64,000 nucleotides of DNA from Chrysomallon squamiferum (lineage: Eukaryota; Animalia; Mollusca): contig CM022669.1 in NCBI GenBank assembly GCA_012295275.1, positions 1,116,001 through 1,180,000 of the forward strand, given 5' to 3'. Made by a program: the position numbers and the translations under genes. The notes under the pieces were generated by a model. The model was not told where the DNA came from and made no database searches. It saw only the letters and a list, made by a program, of their open reading frames with translations. Below are positions 53,954 to 64,000 of this stretch, in pieces. Each line of letters opens with the position of its first letter. Within the stretch, counting starts at the first letter, position 1.

Positions 53954-56031
53954 GTGTGTATGTGTGTATGTGTGTATGTGTATGTGTGTATGTGTATGTG
54001 TGTATGTGTATGTGTGCATGTGTATGTGTGTGTGGGTATATATGTGCACGTACGAATGTGTTTATATGTGTGTGAGTATGTATGCATGTATGTAGGTATG
54101 TATGTATAATGTATGTATGAATGTATTTGTTATTTGTCTTTTTGTCATTTTTGCGCGCATTCAATTTTTTTTTTTTTGTGTGGCTGTTGTGGCTGTTTTT
54201 AACAATTTTAACATTTTTAACATTTAACCTTGTAAATAGAACCATATGTGATATAAGTATATACAAACACAATATTACGTGACGATAACTGTAGACCAAT
54301 TAAAAACACAGTTCTATAGATAATCATTGATACAGAGCCTGGAAAATATCTTAAAATATTACCTTGATCGCAATATATATGTTAATATTTTCTGAAAGAA
54401 CACAATTATTGTATCAGATATGCTTATAATGTTGTATTAGATACATTTATATGTTCTGTAAGGTAAACATTTGTGAAATGTTTATTGTCGACTAAGGTTT
54501 ATGCATGGCATGTTGACACAGTGTTACAGGATTATTTGTATCATGTGTTAAAGTGTGCACGTCGTGGTCACACTGCTGCTTCCAGTGACCAGGACAAACA
54601 GAGTAATAACAACGTAAACAGTCTTCTAGAGTCTGCGGACGACATCGACCTTTGTTGTTAATTAGCGATGATAAATTGTTAATTTGTCTTCTTCTTCGTA
54701 AATCTAACATATGAAACGTTGTTCAGGTTAGCGACATTTAAAATGGTATAAACTGTCCTAACATTTCTATAGATTATAAATAATAAAACAAACTACAGAC
54801 TGGTTGTCTTGGAAACGTGTGATTAAAGGTTAACTGACCTCATGTCACGTGGTGTCCTCTGCGAGGAAGAACGTGTTTTTTTTTTTAAAGACATACACAG
54901 AGACACACACACACAAAAACACATACATACACACAGAAACACATACACACAAACACACATACATACACACAGAAACACATACATACACACAGAAACACAC
55001 ACACACACAAACACACATACATACACACAAGCACACATACATACAAAAACACACAGAAACACATACATACACACAAACACACACACACACGTGAACGCGA
55101 ACGTAAATTGCCTTAAAAAGACATAGAAAAAAAAAATCGGATAAAAATATATATAATTACTTTGTGGCTATTTCTGTATGGGTTGTATTCTGTCCTAACA
55201 AAACAATACTTAAAAAAAACCCCAGAAGAATAAAAAAGAAGACATACGCAAAAGGTTAATAACATTAAATAAAATATAAATAAATTAATGGAATGATATT
55301 TTGAAAATAGACAAACACAAAACCAAACATACACTGACAAATACATTACATATACTACTACTACTATCACAACTACTCCTCCTACTACTACTCCTCCTGC
55401 TGCTGCTGCTGCTGCTGTCATTACTACTCCTAGCATTGTTCCTATTGCCACTACTGCTATTTCCACTAATTCTGCTACTAGTGCTGCTGCTACTACTACT
55501 ACTACAACCACCGCAACAGGACTGCTACTACTACAGCTTCTAGTATTATTACTACTACTAAGAAAAAGACGACGACAACGACGACGACGTAACGAAGAAG
55601 AAGATGATGATACTGAAAACTGAAGGAAAGTAAAAAGAATGGATAGAAGAAATAAAAAGATGACAAATTAGGAAAGACATTGAGCTAAGAATTTTGTACG
55701 AGGAAACACTAACTTGTAATGTTTTGATTTGTTGGCAGAGCTTTGTTGTAATGAAAACAAACATTTTTCATAATTACTCCATGTTTGCTGTGAATTAACC
55801 ACACACGTCTTCCTGCTGCAGATACAATCAGTCTGTTAATAATGGCGACGATCGACTGGTAACTGGTCACGATTCGTGGTTACAGATGACTATTTGTTCA
55901 ACAGAGACTACTCTCTTGTACAAGATGAACTCCCGCGCTAAATTTATCTCATCTGTTTCCGCTATGAATGAGAAATTGTTAACGTTGTTTAAAAGTTTGT
56001 TTGAATTAGTGACTAAATCAGTTTGTCACTG

Positions 56032-56680
56032 GCTTAATGAACGAATGAATAAATAACAGTACGTCTTAATGAACGAATGAAGATATAACTGTATGACGTA
56101 ATGAACGAATGAAGAAAAAAACTGTATGACGTAATGAACGAATGAAGAAATAACTGTATGACGTAATGAACGAATGAAGAAATAACTATGACGTAATGAA
56201 CAAATGAATAAATAACAGTACGACTTAATGAACGAATGAAGATATAACAGTATGACGTAATGAACGAATGAAGAAAAAACTGTATGACGTAATGAACGAA
56301 TGAAGAAAAAACTGTATGACGTAATGAACGAATGAATAAATATGTATGACGTAATGAACGAATGAAGAAAAAACTGTATGACGTAATGAACGAATGAAGA
56401 AATAACTGTATGACTTAATGAACGAATGAAGAAATAACAGTACAACTTAATGAACGAATGAAGAAATAACTGTATGACGTAATGAACGAATGAAGAAAAC
56501 ACTGTATGACGTAATGGACGAATGCAGAAATAACTGTATGACTTAATGAACAAATGAAGATATAATTGTATGACGTAATGAATGAATAAACCGTATGACG
56601 TAATGAACGACTGAAGAAATAACTATATGATTCAGTGAACGAATGAATAAATAAGAATATGACGTAATGAACGAATGACG
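56032..56680. repeat. 32/33-bp minisatellite, about 20 copies
   Basis: TATGACGTAATGAACGAATGAAGAAATAACTG units. Confidence 0.93.
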
Positions 56681-57790
56681 AAGTGATGAATAAATAAGTG
56701 ACATAATCAACGAATAATGAAATTCATTAGCGATAAAATATTAGCTTTATTTGTTATTGCACAAAAATAAGTGAGGAAGTGAAGTTGTGAATGAGTTCAC
56801 TTAACGAGTAAAATTTCCGTGACTTTGAGTACGTTTTCAGTGACACTGAGCAAACTTTCAGTGACACAGAAAAAAATACTCAATAGTGAATGAAAGAATA
56901 TTTGCTCGTGACTACAGCACATAGGATCAATCGTTCTCGATGCGAGGTTTATGATTTTTCCCTTTCTTGTTTTTAGAATTGTGTATTTTACTGTCTAAAG
57001 ATAGATATATAAGCACATATATAAAAAATGTGCTTGTAATCGTAAACAATAATAACAGAAGCTCAGTAACAATAGTTCCGTAACAACAATTAAATAATAA
57101 TCATTCAATAACAATAGTTAAATAACAATACTTCAATAATAATAGTTCGTTAACAATTACAGTTCAATAACAGCCTCTATACATGCATTTAATCAGTTGA
57201 GGGCAAATTATCTTCACTTCTGTTTTGGTTGACAGTGTAATATTACAGATATGTCATATTAAAATGGAGATTATTATTTCTCGAAGGAGCACAAAGAACG
57301 TATTTCAGAAAGTCTACAATGGATGTGTTGTGTGATATTTACATTACAGATATCGTGTCGGTAACTCAGTAATTACATCCAAGCGAACAGAAAAGAAACT
57401 ACAAGTATTGTTCATTCATAACATTAAATATTCATAAAGTAAAAGTTCATTGTTCAGATAAAATCGAGATTAAAACGAAGAGGCGCCAGATTAACTAATA
57501 TCTTGATTATCTCGCAAAATAATCCACTTTTATATGCGAAAATACCTGATTAATTTTAAATATATATACATATTTTATATATGTATTATATACTGAATAC
57601 TTGCCACTTTGCCCATTAAATATCGAAGTGGTTAATATTTGTATTGCTTTCTGCTGTCTTTAAATTTCAATGACTGTTACATTTATCACGTGTAATAGTT
57701 GAAATATTCAGTACAAATTCTTTTATTTCTCTCCTCTTCTTTGTTCTCACCTCTCTTTCTCTCTCTATATTTCTCTCTCTCTGTATATTG

Positions 57791-57825
<35 letters not shown>

Positions 57826-59293
57826 TGTAATTATTGTCTATGATTTTTAGTTTAATTATGAGATGGAACGTTGCTTAACGTCAGATTTTGTTTTTAATTA
57901 CTGCATACAGCCAAATGAATTAAAATAAACGTAAACTCATAATTCTAGGATTTTCTTTATTATCAATAAAACTCAAACGTTTATTCGAAATAGCTGCGTC
58001 TTACTGATTTTGGGAAGGTGAAAGATACATACTGTATTTTATATTGATTTAAATATACATCACTGAAATTTGGTTAGTCCTCTAAGAAACAAAAAGTGAA
58101 TGAAGTTTCTAAGTATTATTGAAACTGACGTAGTAGGAAATATTTGAAAAAATATCTTGTTCTAGCACCACTTTGTTATAATTTCCTTTCCTTATTATAA
58201 TCTTTTTCCCTTGTGTAATCTTCTCTACTTGTCATGATACCTTGTCTTATAATCCATTGCTCTTGTTATAATCCATCTCCTTGTGGTATTTCCTCGCTGT
58301 GTTGTAACACATCGTTTTCCCTCCTAATCGTAACACATCGTCTTGTTATAATTCCTTCCCCTCCTATAATCCACTCCCTCCTTGCCAAGATATCTCGCTT
58401 TTTGGTCACCCCATTTCCTAGTCATAATACTTCTTATTATAATAATTCCTCTTTTCATAACGTTTGCGTTAGGAGCTGATTTAATTTCCCAGGGGCCTCG
58501 TTGACAATGGCTTTTACAGCTACGAAGTAATTTTAGTTCCTATTGAAATAAAAACACACATTGACCACGATATTTAAAACTCACCTGCTTGGAACGTCAA
58601 ATAATCTACCAACCGTTAAAGTTATTCAATCGTAAAAAAATAAAAACAACAGTTATAAGAAGAGATTATCGTAAACTAAGGTTAGTCAGTTTTATTCAAT
58701 GATAATCTCCATTTTCTCTGCTCTTTTGGGAACTCTTTCCTATATGAAGTCATGAATGTTTTAAGAGCTTCATTACCGGGTTGGAACGGAATAGAATTGG
58801 AGTACGAACACAACTTTTAAGTTAATTGTTCAATTCTCTGTTTTTCTATCAAATATTACTTAAGTTTAGGACGGAGGAGGCGTGGGTAGATATTAATGAT
58901 GGTTTTATTATACAACTGTAGATGAAAACGGTCCCGTGGCTGGTTGCGTTTTCACCTCGGTTACGTGGGAGTGAAACTGTTTTAACAGCCAAGATACGAG
59001 TACAAAATGAAATGCATTGCCAAGAATTACACGTCAGGTTTGAATGGAATTTCAGGTTTCTTTATTAATGTATGTTTATTGTGTAGAGATCACACTGTTG
59101 TGATGTTAATACTGATTTACAACAAATAAGCAAAATATTAGCATCACTGACACTATAACATAAACATACTTACTTTTGTTCTTTTTTTTCTTTCTTTTTT
59201 TTTTTTTCTTATGCTTACATACCCATTCTAAGTAGGAAGGAAAGAAAAAAAAAACTTGTCTTCACCGAACCATAATTGTTTTCTTTATTTTTC

Positions 59294-59375
<82 letters not shown>

Positions 59376-59981
59376 GAATAGAAACTGATACAAACACACA
59401 CGCACACACACAAATCTGGAAAAGGCAATAAAAGACAGAAGAAGCAAATACAGGAGAGAGACAAAACAAGTAATAAAAGATTCACTGACACAGCGACACA
59501 CAGACGCTTTAGTTGAATTATTCACGGTGTTTTGAGCTGTGTGAATGGGATTCTATAAATTAATTGTTAAATCTATAAAGAGATGAAGTTGTACATTAAA
59601 ATTCATGCGACGTACGTTTCTGTTAAATGGACTGTAAATGTCGCGTTACACGAGCACCTTTGTGTTAGTTTCCTGATCGCCAAAAATATTTTTACGACAA
59701 CAAAACGAGAGACAGGTATTCAATACTCGATAGCGGCATCTCTGCGCATTTGTCAATATACAGCAGATCAATGAAAGACGACAAATAAAACTTATTTTCG
59801 TCCACGGCAAATTGATTTGTGTTCCTCAATAAAGATTAGAACCTGTGCTGCTTGGAGCAGCAGAAACTGAGCAAACTGTCACGTGATACGGAATGCTCTT
59901 TTTTCTCGTAAAAATTTTTGTTTTTAAAATAAAAAAAATATTAAAATTACCAAATAACAAAACAAAACAAAAAACCCCAAG

Positions 59982-60451
59982 TTTCTTCTATTATTAATAT
60001 TTATAAAGCAAAACAAATCAAGTAACTGAACATGCGCCTTTTCAGTATCAGCATTGAAATAATGATTGATAATTATATTTGTATGTTTGTGTTCACATGT
60101 GGGTGTATTCATATATTTATCGATTTCATTTAAAAAGGGTTGTTCAACATTTCTGAGCAAATTAAACTAATCAAATTTATATAAAAAAACAAAACAAGAT
60201 AGTATAATTTTTATTTCATTTGACGTTTTTTTTTCTTCAAAATCAGTATAAAATCGAATTAATACTGAAGAAATGAGTTAAACACTTCACCTCATTACCC
60301 GTGTTAGTGTAGTCTGTGATACTGTTAGGTATGATAAGATATCTTATGTAACATATATACTTGTATGTCCAGTGTTTTGGTCGTGTATAAAAGTAATATT
60401 TAGATAAATATATAAAATATGGTCAGTTAGTTTCCGTTTTAATATGTTGGA

Positions 60452-60483
<32 letters not shown>

Positions 60484-60864
60484 CAATATTAATATAAGTT
60501 TTTCACTATCTTAAAATCAATTCTTTATTTTCCTTGGTTAGTTATAAACCTTTTTACAAATTGAACGAATTGCCATATGATATGGAATGCTCTTTTGAAC
60601 AACAACAACAACAACAACAACAAAAAAACACAAAAAAAAACCCCACAAAAAACACAAAAAAAAACAAACAAAAAAACGACAAACATATAACAAAAAAACA
60701 ACCAAAAAAAAAAACGAAAATTTCTTCTATTATTAATATTTATAAATCAAAACAAATCAAGTAATTGAACATGCGCCTTTTCAATATCAGGATTGAAATA
60801 AAGATTGAAAATTATATTTGTATGTTTGTGTTCACATGTGGTACATACATATATTTATCGATTT
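59982..60864. repeat. Dispersed direct repeat of about 145 bp (59982-60127 and 60721-60864)
   Basis: TTTCTTCTATTATTAATATTTATAAA...GAACATGCGCCTTTTCA...GTTCACATGTGG...TTTATCGATTT is present twice, 739 bp apart, with scattered substitutions. Confidence 0.88.
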
Positions 60865-60965
60865 TAAAGTAATAAAACTTCATATACAGTTTATTAGAAA
60901 AGTGAAATAAGAACAGAGTCTAAATGTGAAAACGTGATGTCGTATAAAGTGTTCAGTAAACACAC

Positions 60966-61155
60966 CTGTCTACCTGGAATCTCTGTCTACCTAGAATCTC
61001 TGTCTACCTAGAATCTTTGTCTGCCTGGAATCTTTGTCTACCTGGAATCTCCTGTCTACCTGGAATCTTTGTGTACCTGGAATCTGTGTCTACCTGGAAT
61101 CTCTGTCTACCTGGAATCTCTTTCTACCTGGAATCTTGGTCTACCTGGAATCTCC
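60966..61155. repeat. 17-bp minisatellite, about 11 copies
   Basis: TGTCTACCTGGAATCTC units. Confidence 0.93.
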
Positions 61156-63196
61156 CGTCCTTGGCCACTCCCCGTCTTGGTATTCTTTAAGATTACAAAT
61201 CTGTAATGGCCTTCCTGACAGATGAACGGATGAAAGGACACTTAAGTAAGCGCGCTACACGGAAACTGGAGACATTAGACAACTAGTTGTTTGATGTACG
61301 GACGACTTAATAAACGTCACAAAGAACGGACGCACGCACGGGCTGCGACAGTGATGTCTGGATGTACGGATCACTTGCTAAGGTAAACACACTGTCGAGG
61401 ACGCTGTTTGATGGACGTAAACAAGGTTGATGTAACCGGAAACGTTTTAACTTTGAAAGTTTTATCAAAGCAGTTAGGAATGGTGCAAAGAGATCAGAGC
61501 GGATCTTCAGGTGACGGGTTTGTTATCGTCAGCGGTTTAACTTTACAAAAGATACAATCTCAGACAAAAATCCTAGTCATTTAATTTTTTTTTTTTAACT
61601 TTATCTGTTGCATAAAAAGATAAGAATACACAGATGTTTGGTAAGTAATTAAGAAGTTAGAACATAGAACTGTAAAAGTAAATTAACTGTACAGAGAACA
61701 TACGCCTGTTTTATAACTGTGTTTGGCTATGAGTGGGTAGATTAGTGCAAGCAGTGAACAAAAACAGAAAGAAGAAAAGAATAAAACTAACGACAGAAGG
61801 AAAGAAAGACTCAAATAACGAAGGAATAGTAAATATTAAACACTTTTTTTTCTTTTTTCTTTTTTTAAATTATCTACTTTTTGGATTATCATAATAATAT
61901 TTTCAAAAATGAAATATTTCCAGACTTCATAAAAGTCCAAAAAGATATAAATAGATTTAGTTCATACGCACTGCCAAACAAAATAACTCAAAAAATAAGA
62001 CAGATCTATATATCACTTTCTGTAACATGACGTAGTCTCTAATCAGCCATCAACGAGCTTTCATTTTAAAACACTCTGCTACAGCAGTCTTTAAATTTAA
62101 CTTTATGCTGAAATAGGAGGACACAGAATCGGTTTAATTACTCCACGCTTCGAGCGCTTTCCCACGCGTTTTACAAACTCATTACCGAGCTGAATGCATT
62201 TCTATAGTTTAATTGGCTGATTAACTTTTCAAATTTCCGCACCGGATACTTTCGTTTTCTTCGGTAATTGGCAGCACTCTTCAAGCTTTTGGTCGTCTTC
62301 ATCTAAAGTTTTCACAGACACAACTATGTACGTCCGAAAATCCGTGTTTCTAAATACACGCCTCTGTATAACTGACTCATACACAGGTAAGCACAAGGCA
62401 AATGCAGATATTTAATAAACAACTAACTTTGTTTCTTATTTTATTAAGGATAACATTTATTTAAATGATTTTGTTTGGTATTTTATTAAAGATAAAATTT
62501 ATTTAAATAACTTTGTTTGGTATTTAATGAAAGATAACATTTATTAAAAAATAAAATTTAATTTATTTGATTAAAGGTGACATTTATTTAAATATATTGT
62601 GTTTTGTTATTTTATTAAAGATAAAATTGATTTAAGTAAGTCTTTTGGATTTTTGAAGTGGTCTTTAGAATGTCTACTTTGTAGATTCAGTTCAGAACAG
62701 ATGTACTGAGAAGAAAGAAAGAAGAACACGACAGTTCCGCGAAAACTGATATTAGTGAAAAGAAACTAACTAAGATTAAGCTGATAATCAAATAACCCAC
62801 AACACACAAGCGAAAAATTCTCAATTATTTTATAAGGAAACGGATCGAGAAGAATTTCTCCAAATTATAGTGAAATATGAGAGTCTTATTAAACAACAAC
62901 AACAACAATCACTGATGAAAATACAAAAACTGTGACTGGTTGTAAGCGAGGGTGAATCCAACTGTTATTTCACTTGTGATCATTTACGTATCACTTACAG
63001 TTAACTGTAATATCACTGCCACGTGATGCTAACTTGCTATGACAGCTGCTCAGAATATTCTCACCGAAAATATCATCATTCACTGTGACTGGCTGTAATT
63101 CTGTTAGCCGTCTCACTGACGCAAAGCGTTTCAAACGTCATCGCAGTAAGGAAATGAAAACAGGAATTTTACAAAATGGCATTTCACGTGTCTTAA

Positions 63197-63292
<96 letters not shown>

Positions 63293-64000
63293 GATAACAA
63301 AACAGCTGACGTGACGTCTATAAGTCTAATGTAATTAGTTTGAAGTTGATTTATAAAACAAATTGGATGATTATTTTATCCACTGCAAACCTGATTCCCG
63401 CCTCCTAGCAGTAACTAAATACTTCATTTTGTCAAACAAAAAAATTCACCCCCCACCATGTTTTTCTTATTATTCCTGTATCGATACGAAATGTCAAAGC
63501 TCGATTTAAACTAAATGTGAAGACCATTTATTAATGACAAGATTCGTGTTTTTTCTTTTACGACGTGAACGACAGCTGCATTGACGATGACAACATTAAT
63601 AAATGTTCAAAACATAACACAGAAAGATCACGGAATAATTTCTTCTTGACTACTAACCTCGCCCACTGTGAAAAACGTTCACGTTTTCACTTCGCTAACT
63701 CCTACACGTGCTTTAAAACAGAAAAAAGAAGTAATTTTGAAAGTCATACTTAATTTTGGCTGACGTTGTTGCTGTTGATGCTACTGTTACTGCTCTTATT
63801 ATTTTCCTGCTGCTGTTGTTGTTGTTACTGATTTCATTACACATTTACATCAGTAGATTTTTTAGCGTGGAACAGAACGGCAGATAACATGCACGACACA
63901 CAGAAAATTTATGATTTGTTAAAATATTCAGATGCATAAATTTTAAATAAACTGTTTATTAGTTAACTGTGTGATACACAACCACTGCAGACCTCTGCGT

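Overview
AT-rich, microsatellite- and minisatellite-dense animal genomic DNA with spliceosomal GT-AG introns. It is most likely a lophotrochozoan, probably a mollusc; this is an inference from composition and repeat style. I reconstructed four protein-coding genes by hand. (1) CDK7, + strand, 11 coding exons at 5818-10979, 342 aa. (2) A divergent, predicted Ca2+-independent synaptotagmin, - strand, 13057-15506 plus a probable 13-nt first exon at 15842-15854. (3) FEM1A/C-type ankyrin-repeat CRL2 substrate receptor, + strand, 2 coding exons at 20429-22868, 629 aa. (4) A neurotrophin/NGF-like cystine-knot precursor, - strand, with its mature-domain exon at 38973-39345 and a pro-region exon at 48420-48520; its start exon is unresolved. 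Nearly all other ORFs in the track, including the 805- and 856-aa ones, are artefacts of simple repeats. The neurotrophin-like locus is the most interesting part. It has 7 Cys rather than 6, an apparently very short prodomain, four perfect CRE palindromes and a 2.5-kb polypyrimidine tract in its last intron, and upstream tandem arrays that each multimerise a different transcription-factor-like motif. CDK7 carries Ser at the positions of human Thr170 and Cys312. No prokaryotic systems, CRISPR arrays, tRNAs or rRNAs were found.
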